DNA of 64,000 nt from Candidatus Poribacteria bacterium (lineage in GTDB: Bacteria > Poribacteria > WGA-4E > JAJDTR01), in contig CBDCTK010000002.1 of NCBI GenBank assembly GCA_965222225.1, positions 1,024,001 through 1,088,000 on the forward strand, in the 5' to 3' direction. Positions within the stretch are counted from its first letter, which is position 1. Each line of letters starts with the position of its first letter. This document shows, piece after piece, positions 10,473-21,262 of this stretch. The notes beneath the pieces were generated by a model that was given only the letters and a program-made list of their open reading frames with translations, had not been told where the DNA came from and did no database searches. A program made the position numbers and the translations under genes.

Positions 10473-10507
10473 AAAAAAAAGCGTTGACTGATACCATCAA
10501 TCAACGC
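10473..10507 (-). terminator. Rho-independent terminator of the ribosomal/alpha operon
   Basis: Minus-strand RNA GCGUUGAUUGAU-GGU-AUCAGUCAACGC followed by U8, about 40 nt past the rplQ stop. Confidence 0.85.
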
Positions 10508-10546
10508 TAGAAAAGTTTTATAGAAAGCAGAACTGCGATCTGGTCA

Positions 10547-10930
10547 TTATACCAATTGAATATAAGCCATCTGTGTCCCATCTCCACGCCTTAACTCACC
10601 CCGAATTATGCGGGTATACCCTCCATTTCGATCCTGATAACGCGGGCCTATTTCATCAAAGAGTTTTTGCAATACCGCATGTTTGCCTTGGCCATCTCCT
10701 TCATGCAAATTCGTCCCCATAATCATTCTGGCCACTTGGCGGCGCGCGTGCAAATCCCCTCGCTTCGCCAGCGTGATAAGCCGTTCGGCAACTCGCCTTA
10801 ATTCTTTGGACTTAGCCAATGTCGTCCGAATCTGTTCATGTTCAAATAGCGCCGTAGCCTGATTGCGGAATAACGCCTTACGATGGCTAGTTGTTCGCCC
10901 AAGTTTTCTTCCAGCTTTCCTATGTCGCAT
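10547..10930 (-). CDS. rplQ: 50S ribosomal protein L17
   Basis: [29 protein letters not shown]. Confidence 0.98.
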   Translation of the reverse strand: MRHRKAGRKLGRTTSHRKALFRNQATALFEHEQIRTTLAKSKELRRVAERLITLAKRGDLHARRQVARMIMGTNLHEGDGQGKHAVLQKLFDEIGPRYQDRNGGYTRIIRGELRRGDGTQMAYIQLV

Positions 10931-10956
10931 AATTCCCCGATTTTCCTTCCGTTCCG

Positions 10957-11916
10957 TTAATCTTCCTCATCATCAAGGACCATTCCGAGGGAAAGTCCCA
11001 TATTAGCCAGAAAATCCTTAATTTCATTCAAAGATTTTCGCCCGAAATTACGAAACTTCAACATATCTTGCTCGGTTTTTGCCACGAGATCCCGGATTGT
11101 TGTAATCTGTGCAGCTTCTAAACAATTTGAAGAACGTACGGAAAGTTCAAGTTCTGCGACGGGTTTTGACAAATATTTCTCGCGCTGCACTTTTTCTTCG
11201 TCAATTTCCTCAACCTGTTCAACATAGGTTTCATCAAAATCACTGAATAGCCGTAGTTGTTCCAACAAGATATCCGCGGCTTGGGTAACAGCTTCTTTTG
11301 CTGTAATGCTTGCGTCAGTCGATACCTCCAAAATCAAGCGGTCAAAGTTAGTCATATGCCCAACCCGTGTTTCTTCAACCCGGAAATTGACACGTTTCAC
11401 CGGCGAATACTTCGCATCAAGCGCAATTACGCCAATGGGCTGGTTTGAATCAGAGTGTTCTTCTGCATGTGCATAACCGCGTCCACGACGGACGTGCAAT
11501 TCTATGTTTAGGCCATCGCATTTGTCTAATGTCGCAATATATTGGTCAGGGTTAATAACCTCCACTTGGCTATTGGGCTGAATATCGGCGGCTGTAATCC
11601 CTCCGGCTCCGGCGGCTGAGAGGCGTAGAGTTACAGCCTCATCCGTGTGGACGAGGAATCGAATCTCTTTGAGATTAAGGAGAATCTGGATAACATCCTC
11701 CTTGACACCATCAATGGTCGAATATTCGTGTTTTATCCCCTCTATGGAAACAGAAACGACGACTGCTCCTTCGATAGACGAAAGCAGAACGCGTCGCAAT
11801 GAATTACCTAGGGTAATTCCAAATCCTCTCGCCAGTGGCTCGGCAATAAATTTGCCATAGTCCGGTCTCAGGCTTTCCAAGTCTGCCACAAGACGCTCTG
11901 GCTTCCTGATGTCCAT
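10957..11916 (-). CDS. rpoA: RNA polymerase alpha subunit
   Basis: [43 protein letters not shown]. Confidence 0.98.
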   Translation of the reverse strand: MDIRKPERLVADLESLRPDYGKFIAEPLARGFGITLGNSLRRVLLSSIEGAVVVSVSIEGIKHEYSTIDGVKEDVIQILLNLKEIRFLVHTDEAVTLRLSAAGAGGITAADIQPNSQVEVINPDQYIATLDKCDGLNIELHVRRGRGYAHAEEHSDSNQPIGVIALDAKYSPVKRVNFRVEETRVGHMTNFDRLILEVSTDASITAKEAVTQAADILLEQLRLFSDFDETYVEQVEEIDEEKVQREKYLSKPVAELELSVRSSNCLEAAQITTIRDLVAKTEQDMLKFRNFGRKSLNEIKDFLANMGLSLGMVLDDEED

Positions 11917-11944
11917 TTATGTTGTCCTTCCACGTAGGTATATG

Positions 11945-12574
11945 TTATTTGGAGTAAAGTTCAATTATTAACTGAGTTTGGATGTTGGCGGCAACCTGGT
12001 TTGCCTCCGGGTAACTTCGAATAATTCCCGTCCGTTTGTCAGCATGCAACTCTAGCCACTCAGGTGTGCCTGTCTGTTGTGCGTATTCTATTGCTTCTTG
12101 GAGCACACCTGCCTGGAGACTTTTCTCTCGGACTTCAATCTTGTCACCAACAGTCACCAAATAGGAAGGAATGTTGACCAATACTCCGTTTACTAGAAAA
12201 TGGTTATGCTTGACGAGTTGCCTCGCCTGTCGCCGCGATCTAGCAAAGCCAAAGCGAAAAACCACGTTATCCAACCGGCGTTCCAAAAGAACAATCAACG
12301 CGTCTCCAGTTATTCCCTTTTGGTGTTCGGCTTTATTGTAATAGTTGTGAAACTGCTTTTCTAAAGTGCCATAGATTCGCTTGGCTTTTTGTTTCGCACG
12401 TAACTGCTGCCGGTAGGCATCTTTTCCACGAATCGGCCTTTGGCCATGCTGTCCCGGAGGATAACCGCGACGCTCAAATGAACACTTTTGTGTATTGCAG
12501 CGTCGCCCTTTTAGGAAGAGTTTTTCGCCTTCCCTGCGGCACAATTTACAAACGGGACCTAAATATCTGCTCAT
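11945..12574 (-). CDS. rpsD: 30S ribosomal protein S4 (Cys-containing form)
   Basis: CKLCRREGEKLFLKG, PGQHG, LERRLDNVV. Confidence 0.98.
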   Translation of the reverse strand: MSRYLGPVCKLCRREGEKLFLKGRRCNTQKCSFERRGYPPGQHGQRPIRGKDAYRQQLRAKQKAKRIYGTLEKQFHNYYNKAEHQKGITGDALIVLLERRLDNVVFRFGFARSRRQARQLVKHNHFLVNGVLVNIPSYLVTVGDKIEVREKSLQAGVLQEAIEYAQQTGTPEWLELHADKRTGIIRSYPEANQVAANIQTQLIIELYSK

Positions 12575-12601
12575 TTTCTCCTTCGCAATTCATGATCGAA
12601 G

Positions 12602-12991
12602 TTAAACACGGCGCCGCTTGCGTGCACGACAGCCATTGTGAGGTATTGGGGTCACATCTTTCATTAACGTAACTTCAAGTCCTGCTGCTGAAAGCGCACG
12701 GATTGCAGATTCTCTTCCAGATCCCGGTCCTTTAACCCGCACCTCAACACGCCTCATTCCCTGTTCCATAGCCTTTTTCGCACATGCTTCTGCGGTCTGT
12801 TGTGCAGCAAACGGAGTGCTCTTTCGGGAACCTGGGAAACTCATCCCGGCACTTGCCCATGCAACTGTATCGCCGGAGGGATCCGTGATAGTAACAATTG
12901 TATTGTTGAACGTAGCCTGGATGTGGGCAACACCTTCCGGCACACCCTTCTTTTCTCTTCTTTTTGCTCGATTTGAAGAACCCAAAGACAC
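12602..12991 (-). CDS. rpsK: 30S ribosomal protein S11
   Basis: [31 protein letters not shown]. Confidence 0.98.
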   Translation of the reverse strand: MSLGSSNRAKRREKKGVPEGVAHIQATFNNTIVTITDPSGDTVAWASAGMSFPGSRKSTPFAAQQTAEACAKKAMEQGMRRVEVRVKGPGSGRESAIRALSAAGLEVTLMKDVTPIPHNGCRARKRRRV

Positions 12992-13021
12992 ACTCCTTTC
13001 ACGTTGAAGAATAAGTTAATA

Positions 13022-13417
13022 TCAACCAGTTTTGCGAGCTGCTTCCTTGGATTTTCTGCCCACAGAAATAGCTCTAGCTTTTCCTTTGCGTGTTCGCGCA
13101 TTAGTACTTGTTCGCTGACCGCGCACAGGTAACTGCCGACGATGACGCAATCCACGATAACTATTAATATCCATTAACCTTTTGAGGTTTTGATCGACTT
13201 CTCGTCGCAAATCGCCCTCAACCTTGTACTCTTGAGTAATTGTGGTTCTTATTTGACTAATCTCATCCTCAGCCAAACTGTCTACTTTTTTTCCTGGGTC
13301 AATGTTCAATTCGCGCACCAATTTCGATGCACTGTGACGACCAATCCCGTATATGTAGGTAAGAGCGATGTCAACCCGTTTATTTCGGGGCAAATCCACT
13401 CCTGCAATCCTTGCCAT
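13022..13417 (-). CDS. rpsM: 30S ribosomal protein S13
   Basis: [27 protein letters not shown]. Confidence 0.98.
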   Translation of the reverse strand: MARIAGVDLPRNKRVDIALTYIYGIGRHSASKLVRELNIDPGKKVDSLAEDEISQIRTTITQEYKVEGDLRREVDQNLKRLMDINSYRGLRHRRQLPVRGQRTSTNARTRKGKARAISVGRKSKEAARKTG

Positions 13418-13462
13418 GACCTTTCTCCTTTGAACTCACAATTGATAGTGTATTAGCTTCGG

Positions 13463-13579
13463 TCATCCTTGTCTCTGCTTGTGTTTCGGGTTCGAAGGAC
13501 AAATAACGCGAATGACGCCTTTTCTTTTTATGACCTTACACTGGTTACACATTTTCTTTACAGAGGCTTTAACCTTCAT
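13463..13579 (-). CDS. rpmJ: 50S ribosomal protein L36 (38 aa, absent from the ORF track)
   Basis: Manual translation [38 protein letters not shown]. Confidence 0.97.
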   Translation of the reverse strand: MKVKASVKKMCNQCKVIKRKGVIRVICPSNPKHKQRQG

Positions 13580-13613
13580 CGGCTTCCTTTTCCCTCTAAA
13601 CAGTTACAGCACT

Positions 13614-14987
13614 TCATCTCGAACGACGTCCCTTAATCCGTCGTCCCTTTATGAAACCCTCATAGCTCCGATCAGTCAAATGCGACTCAATCTGTGATAC
13701 TGTGTCCAACACGACTCCAACAACTATCAATACCGAAGCTCCGCTCACCATGGTCCCGATTTGCAACCAACGATCAAACATTATCGGAATCACCGAAATT
13801 GCAGCCAGAAAACAGGCGCCGGGCAGGGTAATCCGCGTTAACACGAAGTTGATGTGCTCAGCCGTTCGCTTACCCGGTCGAATTCCACCTTTTTCCAGAA
13901 TATGCGCACCGTGTTTTTTCAGTGTATCTGCCATGTCAACCGGGTTAATTTGTACTGCCGTATAAAAATAGGTAAAGGCGATAATCAGACCTGCGTATAA
14001 GGTCAAGTATACCGGATGACCCGGATTCCCCAAGACCCCTTGTAGCCCAAGCGCCCATCCCCAATCTTGTGGCAGAAAACCCAAGATTGTCCCAGGGAAT
14101 TGCATCAAAGTTACCGCAAATATTATTGGAATCATTCCTGCTGCATTGACGCGAAGCGGGAGATGGGTTCTCTGACCGCCATACATCCGTGTCCCTTTTA
14201 TTTGTCGTCCGTACTGAACAGGAATCTTTCGAACGGATTGAGTGATGAAAACCGTACCCATCACTGCAACAACAATCAGAGCTAGAAAGATAGCCAACTG
14301 TATTAAACCAAAGTTAGAATCGTTAATCAAGCGGCTAGTTATCGAGGAAACACCGCCTGGTACTGCTGCTACTATTCCAACCGTGATGATGAGTGAAATA
14401 CCTTGACCGATGCCTCTTTCCGTAATCTGCTCTCCAAGCCACATCACGAACGCAGTGCCAGCCATTAAGGTGATTACCGTTAAGAAATGAAAAGACCAAC
14501 TTTCATGCATAACGATATCTGCGTCTATGCCGAGGTTGCCAGGATTGCGTAATAGGAAACTGATCCCCAATCCCTGGACAGCGCTCAGGATGACAGTGCC
14601 ATAGCGCGTATACTGTGTGATTTTCTTGCGCCCATCCGGTTCCTTCGATAACTTCTCAAGAGAAGGTACAACAACAGCAAGAAGTTGCATGATTATCGAT
14701 GCACTAATGTATGGCTGGATGCCGAGCGCAAAGATTGTCATCTGGCTGAACGCTCCGCCAGAGAATAAGTCCACAAATCCAATCATGTTGCCGCCGGGAC
14801 GATCTGTCAATTGGTTAAAAAAAACTTCTAGTGCTTTGTCGTCGATACCCGGGATTGTGATGTGCGCCCCAAACCGGTAAACAATCAGCAGCAACGCTGT
14901 AAATATAATACGAGTTCGCAATTCCGGGATTTTGAACACATTCCGGAACGCTCTGATCAGCTGAGGCTTATCTTTCGAATTCATCAT
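13614..14987 (-). CDS. secY: Preprotein translocase subunit SecY
   Basis: IFALGIQPYISASIIMQLL, WLGEQITERGIG, GIRPG. Confidence 0.98.
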   Translation of the reverse strand: MMNSKDKPQLIRAFRNVFKIPELRTRIIFTALLLIVYRFGAHITIPGIDDKALEVFFNQLTDRPGGNMIGFVDLFSGGAFSQMTIFALGIQPYISASIIMQLLAVVVPSLEKLSKEPDGRKKITQYTRYGTVILSAVQGLGISFLLRNPGNLGIDADIVMHESWSFHFLTVITLMAGTAFVMWLGEQITERGIGQGISLIITVGIVAAVPGGVSSITSRLINDSNFGLIQLAIFLALIVVAVMGTVFITQSVRKIPVQYGRQIKGTRMYGGQRTHLPLRVNAAGMIPIIFAVTLMQFPGTILGFLPQDWGWALGLQGVLGNPGHPVYLTLYAGLIIAFTYFYTAVQINPVDMADTLKKHGAHILEKGGIRPGKRTAEHINFVLTRITLPGACFLAAISVIPIMFDRWLQIGTMVSGASVLIVVGVVLDTVSQIESHLTDRSYEGFIKGRRIKGRRSR

Positions 14988-15101
14988 ACAATCATTGAAT
15001 AGGCAGGTACTATAACTTTAACTTTCTCGCGTGAGGGGCACGCACGGCGTTAATATCTTATCCGATTCGATCTAGGAAACAGATGCGGTTGGCTAAAAGA
15101 T

Positions 15102-15554
15102 TTACTGGGAGATTATCTCAGCCTTGCCGCCAATCTGCTGAATCTTTTCAATCGCCGACTTCGCGAAACTGTGCACACACACAGTCAACTGTTTTTCAAG
15201 GTCACCGTCGCCAAGAATTTTTACGCGCGCATTCCTGCGCTTCACCATACCTCTGTCGCTTAACATTTCGACTGTGACAATGGTGTTACTATCAAAGCGG
15301 TTCAGTTCCTTGACGTTTACTACATCATATTTAATACGTTTATGTTTAGTTACCGCCGGTCCACGCTTAGGAAGCCTTCTCACCAGAGGCATTTGTCCAC
15401 CCTCGAACCAAGCGGGAATAGATCCGCCAGAACGTGATTTCTGGCCCTTATGCCCCCGTCCACCGGTTTTACCCCAACCTGAAGCCTCGCCCCGTCCAAT
15501 TCGCTTCTTGGCTCGTTTTGAACTCCGGGCCGGTTTGAGCTCATTCAACTTCAT
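15102..15554 (-). CDS. rplO: 50S ribosomal protein L15
   Basis: MKLNELKP, GRGHKGQKSRSG, FEGGQMPLVRRLPKRG. Confidence 0.97.
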   Translation of the reverse strand: MKLNELKPARSSKRAKKRIGRGEASGWGKTGGRGHKGQKSRSGGSIPAWFEGGQMPLVRRLPKRGPAVTKHKRIKYDVVNVKELNRFDSNTIVTVEMLSDRGMVKRRNARVKILGDGDLEKQLTVCVHSFAKSAIEKIQQIGGKAEIISQ

Positions 15555-15570
15555 GACCATTAACTCCATT

Positions 15571-16104
15571 TCAATGAGTAGCCGACGGTGAACTCTCGCC
15601 GGTCAATTCCTCAACGCGTTTTCCGCGAAGGCGGGCGACATCGTTAACATCTTTCAAATTCTTTAGCCCCAACATTGTCGCCTCCGCAATGTTCTTCACA
15701 TTTCTAGATCCAAGGCGCTTAGTCAATACATCTTTAATCCCCACAAATTCCAGAATTGTCCGCGTCGCATGTCCGGCTACAATTCCAGTCCCAGGACTGG
15801 CTGGCTTCAGGAGAACCTTGGCCGCTTTGAATTTACTGAATATTTCATGCGGAATGGTACCTCCCATTAGCGGTACACGGATCAGATTCTTCTTGGCATC
15901 AGCAACACTTTTGCTAATCGCCGAAGGGACATCGTTAGCACTGCCGAACCCGATGCCAACAATACCTTCATAGTTTCCAACTGCGGAAAGGGCATTGAAA
16001 CTTGGTGTCCGTCCCCCTTTGCCCACACGCATTACACGATTAATCGCGATTGCACGCTCTTCAAATTCGGAATTTCCCGGATCTATTTTTTTAATTCGCA
16101 ACAA
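15571..16104 (-). CDS. rpsE: 30S ribosomal protein S5
   Basis: INRV..KGGR, GTIPHE, LKPASPGTG; position in the spc operon. Confidence 0.97.
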   Translation of the reverse strand: MLRIKKIDPGNSEFEERAIAINRVMRVGKGGRTPSFNALSAVGNYEGIVGIGFGSANDVPSAISKSVADAKKNLIRVPLMGGTIPHEIFSKFKAAKVLLKPASPGTGIVAGHATRTILEFVGIKDVLTKRLGSRNVKNIAEATMLGLKNLKDVNDVARLRGKRVEELTGESSPSATH

Positions 16105-16162
16105 AATCCTCCTTTAGCAAAACCCAATATCTCGCTCTCCAATGTGTACAGTAAACGGTCTC

Positions 16163-16531
16163 CTAGAACTTCAATCCGCCTTCCCTAGCAGCATCTGCAA
16201 GAGCTTTTACTCTTCCATGATATAGGTTTCCGCCCCGATCAAACACAACAGACTCAATCTGAAATTCTTTAGCCCTGTGCGCAATCAGTGCGCCGACTTT
16301 TTGCGCGGCACTAGCATTGCCACCGCGCGAATTCCCCTTCCTCAATTCGGGTGCTAAGGTCGAGGCAGCAGCGACTGTGACACGATTTTCGTCATCAATA
16401 AGTTGAGCGTAAATATGATTGGCACTCTTAAAAACAGAAAGCCTTGGTCTTTGGTTTGTGCCAAACACCTTCTGTCGTACATGTCTTTTCCGTGCTATGC
16501 GTGCAAGTTTCTTTCTTTTGAGTCGATCCAA
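16163..16531 (-). CDS. rplR: 50S ribosomal protein L18
   Basis: [40 protein letters not shown]. Confidence 0.98.
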   Translation of the reverse strand: MDRLKRKKLARIARKRHVRQKVFGTNQRPRLSVFKSANHIYAQLIDDENRVTVAAASTLAPELRKGNSRGGNASAAQKVGALIAHRAKEFQIESVVFDRGGNLYHGRVKALADAAREGGLKF

Positions 16532-16575
16532 CGATTTTCCCCCCTAGTTCGCTCGGCGCGAACGTAGACCAAAGC

Positions 16576-17142
16576 TTACGCTTTCGCTTTACCTTCCTTC
16601 ATGCGAACACGTTCGCCATCATAACGAATGCCCTTGCAAGGTTGATATACCCCGGGCTTCTTGATTTGACGAATTGATGCAGCAACTTGACCAACGAGTT
16701 GCTTGTCAACACCACTCACGATGACAGGAATATGAAGCTGCCCATCCACGTTTTCGGTACTATCAACACGGATTGTGATTCCCTCTGGTGGATCGTATGT
16801 AACGGAATGGGAATATCCTACGTGCAACACCAATGACTTCTGATTGTTAATCTCTGCACGATACCCTGTGCCCACAACACGAAGTTTTTTCTCAAATCCG
16901 TCTGTGACTCCCTTTACCATATTCGCGATTAAACTTCGGGTAAGTCCATGTAACGATTTGTGTGCTTTCCGATTACTCAATCTCTCGACTTCAAGCCGAC
17001 CATCGTCCTTCTTCACTTTATTTCCTGCGGGAATTGTCCAATCTAGCTTTCCCTTGGGGCCCTCCACACTTATTCTTGAGCCGTCAAGGATGATTTCGAC
17101 ATTCGCCGGAACTTCAATGGGTATTTGGCCTATTCTTGACAT
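16576..17142 (-). CDS. rplF: 50S ribosomal protein L6
   Basis: MSRIG, GPKGKL, HGLTRSLIANMVKGV, DKQLVGQVAA. Confidence 0.97.
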   Translation of the reverse strand: MSRIGQIPIEVPANVEIILDGSRISVEGPKGKLDWTIPAGNKVKKDDGRLEVERLSNRKAHKSLHGLTRSLIANMVKGVTDGFEKKLRVVGTGYRAEINNQKSLVLHVGYSHSVTYDPPEGITIRVDSTENVDGQLHIPVIVSGVDKQLVGQVAASIRQIKKPGVYQPCKGIRYDGERVRMKEGKAKA

Positions 17143-17174
17143 GATGTCTTTCCCTAAAATTCAACAAGTTACAC

Positions 17175-17573
17175 TTACCAAATATGGCACAAAACTTCGC
17201 CGCCAATTTTGGCAACTTGACATTGAGAAGCTGTCTGCACACCGTGAGACGTAGACAAGATAGCAATTCCTAGGTCGCCATGAACGCGAGGCAAATCGCC
17301 TACTCTGACATACACGCGGAGTCCGGGTTTACTGATTCGTTTTAGACCTGAAATAACCTTTTCTTGGTTATCGCCATACTTGAGGTAGATACGCAAAACC
17401 CCCTGCTTCCCATCTGTGATAAGACGATAATTCCGGATGTATCCTTCCTCGGTCAGGATTCGAGCAATTTCCGCCTTTATCCTAGAAGCGGGCAATTCGA
17501 CTCGTTCGTGGCTAACCATATTTGCATTGCGAATACGTGTTAACATATCCGCAATTGGATCTGTCATTGACAT
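17175..17573 (-). CDS. rpsH: 30S ribosomal protein S8
   Basis: [30 protein letters not shown]. Confidence 0.98.
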   Translation of the reverse strand: MSMTDPIADMLTRIRNANMVSHERVELPASRIKAEIARILTEEGYIRNYRLITDGKQGVLRIYLKYGDNQEKVISGLKRISKPGLRVYVRVGDLPRVHGDLGIAILSTSHGVQTASQCQVAKIGGEVLCHIW

Positions 17574-17588
17574 GTAACCTTCTCTCCT

Positions 17589-17774
17589 TCACCAACTAGC
17601 TTTTTTCACACCGGGGATTTTACATTCTCTAGCAAGTAGTCGAAAGCAAATGCGGCATAATTCAAATTTGCGAAGAAAACCACGAGGTCGTCCACAGACG
17701 CGGCAGCGATTGTATTGCCGAGTTCGGAATTTCGGAGTTCTTTTCTGTTTAGCAATAAGCGCTTTTGTTGCCAA
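17589..17774 (-). CDS. rpsN: 30S ribosomal protein S14, short zinc-binding form
   Basis: 61 aa, RCRVCGRPR...LCRICFR, KASW. Confidence 0.97.
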   Translation of the reverse strand: MATKALIAKQKRTPKFRTRQYNRCRVCGRPRGFLRKFELCRICFRLLARECKIPGVKKASW

Positions 17775-17883
17775 ATCGGTTGCTCCTAACTATTTGTTAT
17801 TTTTCCTTTAGTTACGATTAAAACTGCTTTACGATTGGAAGGCGACGTATCTATTGCGACCAAGCTACTAGATGTATTTAAGA

Positions 17884-18423
17884 TTACTCCCTAAAGGGCA
17901 TTCCTAATACCTTCAGCAACTCTCGTCCTTCCTCGTCTGTCTGAGCTGTTGTAACGATAGTTACGTTTAGCCCGCGAACTTCGTCTACTTGGTCATATTC
18001 GATTTCTGGGAAAATTAGTTGCTCTTGAAGACCTAACGAGTAATTGCCACGTCCATCGAACGCGTCGGGAGACAGACCACGAAAATCTCGAATTTGCGGC
18101 AGGACAGTATTGACAAGCCGGTTCAAAAATTCATACATGCGCGGGCGTCTCAAGGTGACTTTGCAGCCGATAGCAGCACCGGCACGGAGTTTGAAGTTTG
18201 CTACAGACTTCTTCGCCCGTGTGATAACTGCACGCTGACCGCCGATCTGCGTTAGTTCCTCAACCGCGCTTTCCAGCAGCTTCGGATTCTGCATCGCCGC
18301 ACCAAGTCCGACGTTCAGATTAATCTTGTCTAATCTGGGGATTTGCATCACATTAGGGTAATTGAACCGTTTTTGCAATGCAGGCACAACCTCTTCTTGA
18401 TAGAATGCTCTGAACTCGCTCAT
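17884..18423 (-). CDS. rplE: 50S ribosomal protein L5
   Basis: [32 protein letters not shown] at 18423 preferred over TTG at 18453. Confidence 0.97.
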   Translation of the reverse strand: MSEFRAFYQEEVVPALQKRFNYPNVMQIPRLDKINLNVGLGAAMQNPKLLESAVEELTQIGGQRAVITRAKKSVANFKLRAGAAIGCKVTLRRPRMYEFLNRLVNTVLPQIRDFRGLSPDAFDGRGNYSLGLQEQLIFPEIEYDQVDEVRGLNVTIVTTAQTDEEGRELLKVLGMPFRE

Positions 18424-18525
18424 TAATTCACGCTCTCTGCATAGTTTCGCCAAATCGTGCTGATTCGGAATCCAAAGATAGGCATTACATATTCCGCGCT
18501 AACTTCTGTATACGGTCCGAACAAG

Positions 18526-18876
18526 TTATTCTTGGTCCACAACCGCCCCACATTTTTTGCACACACGCAGGCGATATTTTTTTGTACGAGTCCCAACCTC
18601 TCGCTCAAAGACCTGTCGTTTTGTGCGAGTGGGAGAATTGCATTTAGGACAAACCAATTTCACGTTGGAAAGGTGAATCGTTCCTTCTTTTTCAACTACG
18701 CCACCTTGCCCCGTCTGGTTTGGGCGCATGTGCTGTTTAATCATCTGAACGCCTTCAACAACAGCGCGATCCTTGCTAGGGATAACTTCAAGAACTCTTC
18801 CCGTTTTTCCCTTGTCCTTTCCGCTTAACACCGACACGAAGTCATTGTCCTTTATGTGAAATTTCCTTGTTGACAC
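18526..18876 (-). CDS. rplX: 50S ribosomal protein L24
   Basis: SGKDKGKTG KOW motif, IHLSNV. Confidence 0.97.
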   Translation of the reverse strand: MSTRKFHIKDNDFVSVLSGKDKGKTGRVLEVIPSKDRAVVEGVQMIKQHMRPNQTGQGGVVEKEGTIHLSNVKLVCPKCNSPTRTKRQVFEREVGTRTKKYRLRVCKKCGAVVDQE

Positions 18877-18906
18877 TATCTCCTCCTAGACGAATAGTGA
18901 TTCTCG

Positions 18907-19275
18907 TCAAATGACCTCGGGTGCCAAGGACACAATTCGTGTGAATTCTCGTTCCCTCAATTCACGTGCAACCGGGCCAAAGATTCTAGTGCCACGTGGT
19001 TGATTTTGAGGGTCAATCAAAACCGCAGCGTTTTTATCAAACTTGATGTATGAACCGTCTGGGCGACGATACCCTTTGGTAGTACGCACAACAACTGCAC
19101 GCACGACTTCTCCCTTTTTCACCTGACTATTGGGATTTGCCTCTTTTACACTTGCAACGATAACATCACCTAACCGAGCATAGCGCTTGCGTGTACCACC
19201 TAACACTCGGATACACATAAGTTTCTTTGCTCCAGTGTTATCCGCGCAAATCAATCTACTTGAGCTTTGAACCAT
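18907..19275 (-). CDS. rplN: 50S ribosomal protein L14
   Basis: [26 protein letters not shown]. Confidence 0.98.
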   Translation of the reverse strand: MVQSSSRLICADNTGAKKLMCIRVLGGTRKRYARLGDVIVASVKEANPNSQVKKGEVVRAVVVRTTKGYRRPDGSYIKFDKNAAVLIDPQNQPRGTRIFGPVARELREREFTRIVSLAPEVI

Positions 19276-19374
19276 ATGGGGTGCTCCTCACTTCACACAT
19301 TAGCCACATAAGTCAAATGGTACAGAAACCGAATTTTCCTGAATTCTCTACCAATTATTTGCACTGCTTATATA

Positions 19375-19659
19375 CTACGAGTTTCTGTCGCCACCTGATT
19401 CCGCTTTTGCTGTGATTTGGCGAACACGCCATTTTTTTCGGCGACTAAGCGGACGCGATTCAATGACCTGCACCACATCCCCGATTGTACAAGTATTCTG
19501 TTCATCATGAGCCAGAACCTTTGTCGTGCGTCTCACGATTTTCTTATAAAGTCGATGCCGGTAGGTTCGCGTGATGGCTACTACAACTGTCTTGTCCATC
19601 CGGTTGCTAGTCACAACACCAGTTTGATTTTTGCGATGTCCTCGTTTCTCTTGAGTCAA
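19375..19659 (-). CDS. rpsQ: 30S ribosomal protein S17
   Basis: MDKTVVV, AHDEQN, ESRPLS. Confidence 0.97.
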   Translation of the reverse strand: MTQEKRGHRKNQTGVVTSNRMDKTVVVAITRTYRHRLYKKIVRRTTKVLAHDEQNTCTIGDVVQVIESRPLSRRKKWRVRQITAKAESGGDRNS

Positions 19660-19683
19660 GCTTATCCTCTCTTTAACTTTGAA

Positions 19684-19890
19684 CTATGGGGCACTTTCAA
19701 TTCCGTGCTCTCGTGCCCTAAGAATTGTTTTTATCCGTGCAATATCGTGCCTCATTTTCTTTAACTGAGACGTATCTTCAAGTTGTCCGAGGATGTTTCG
19801 AAATCGCTGATTGAATAAACTCTCTTTGAGATTCGAAAGCTCGCTCGTCAGGTCTACGACAGATTGAATCCGTAGCTCTTTAGCGGTCAT
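19684..19890 (-). CDS. rpmC: 50S ribosomal protein L29
   Basis: [18 protein letters not shown]. Confidence 0.96.
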   Translation of the reverse strand: MTAKELRIQSVVDLTSELSNLKESLFNQRFRNILGQLEDTSQLKKMRHDIARIKTILRAREHGIESAP

Positions 19891-19892
19891 AA

Positions 19893-20309
19893 TCAATAAT
19901 CTCCGCCTCTGCTTATGAATTTTGTTTTAAGCGGAAGTTTGTGCGAAGCAAGCCGCATCGCCTCTTTTGCTTCTTCAATAGAAACACCACTCAACTCGTA
20001 GAGTACACGCCCGGGTTTAACCACTGCCACCCAGTATTCAGGTGGTCCCTTTCCACTGCCCATTCGTGTTTCAGCAGGTTTTTTGGTAACAGGTTTGTGA
20101 GGAAAAATTTTAATCCAAACCTTGCCACCTCGTCGAACATGGCGTGTTATTGCAACTCGAGCCGACTCAATTTGACGGCTCGTGATCCAACCACATTCCA
20201 TTGATTGCAGACCGTATTCGCCAAAGTTAATTCGCGAACCGCGATAAGGGTGCCCGCGCCGCTTTCCGCGCTGTACTTTACGGTATCGCACCCGTTTGGG
20301 CATCAACAT
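19893..20309 (-). CDS. rplP: 50S ribosomal protein L16
   Basis: [23 protein letters not shown]. Confidence 0.98.
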   Translation of the reverse strand: MLMPKRVRYRKVQRGKRRGHPYRGSRINFGEYGLQSMECGWITSRQIESARVAITRHVRRGGKVWIKIFPHKPVTKKPAETRMGSGKGPPEYWVAVVKPGRVLYELSGVSIEEAKEAMRLASHKLPLKTKFISRGGDY

Positions 20310-20406
20310 TGCCAATACTCCTATCTTAACTTATCCGACTCTTCAAAAGCAGCGGGATGCGCATTTAAATCCATCACCACTATCTACTCTTAGCACTATT
20401 AACTTA

Positions 20407-21171
20407 CTAGCGCCATCTACCTGAACCTCGACGTCTCGTCGATTCATCATCGCCGAAACGTTCGCCACGTCGGCGTGGACGGGATGGACTTGCTCCGGGC
20501 CCCGTTGCCGTTTGCACAGATGATTCCTCGTGTAAAGTTTCGGCAGTACCAATCACCTCGCCTTTGAAAATCCACGTTTTGACTCCTATTTTGCCGTACG
20601 TCGTATCTGGCTCACAAAACCCATAGTCAATTCGCGCCCTAAGGGTATGCAGTGGAACTCTACCTTCGATACTAGTTTCTGTACGCGCCATCTCAATGCC
20701 ACCCAGGCGACCACTAACGGTAGCCTTCACTCCTTGAGCACCAGCACGCATAGATTCGGCGATGCTTCTTTTCACGGCTTGCCTGAAGGGGGATCGTCGC
20801 TGGATTTTCATCGCAATAGCTTCCGCAACCAACTGAGCATCAAGTTCGGGAGTTTTAATTTCCGTTACATTAATGCGAACCGATCGCCCGATAGCTTTCT
20901 CCAAATCCACCTGTAATTTCTCTGCTTCCACGCCACGACGTCCAATGACAATACCGGGGCGCGCCGTATGTATATTTATAGAACATTTATCCGCGACTCG
21001 TTCAACCTCAATCCGCGAAATGCCCGCGCGCGCCAGTTTGTTCTTGATGAACTTCTGAATCTGCAAATCCTCATGGAGCCATACGGCATATTCTTTGTCA
21101 CTATACCACTTGGAATCCCATGTTTCAATGATTCCAAGGCGGAATCCACGCGGATGCGTTTTTTGTCCCAC
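20407..21171 (-). CDS. rpsC: 30S ribosomal protein S3
   Basis: GQKTHPRGFRLG, ARPGIVIG, GRVPLHTLRA. Confidence 0.98.
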   Translation of the reverse strand: MGQKTHPRGFRLGIIETWDSKWYSDKEYAVWLHEDLQIQKFIKNKLARAGISRIEVERVADKCSINIHTARPGIVIGRRGVEAEKLQVDLEKAIGRSVRINVTEIKTPELDAQLVAEAIAMKIQRRSPFRQAVKRSIAESMRAGAQGVKATVSGRLGGIEMARTETSIEGRVPLHTLRARIDYGFCEPDTTYGKIGVKTWIFKGEVIGTAETLHEESSVQTATGPGASPSRPRRRGERFGDDESTRRRGSGRWR

Positions 21172-21262
21172 TAAAACCTCCTCAGGCTAAAATGTGCTGA
21201 CCTTGATGCTAGAAACCTTTTGGGTAGTAAGCGAAAGACTGCACATGAGAGATGTCCACAAC

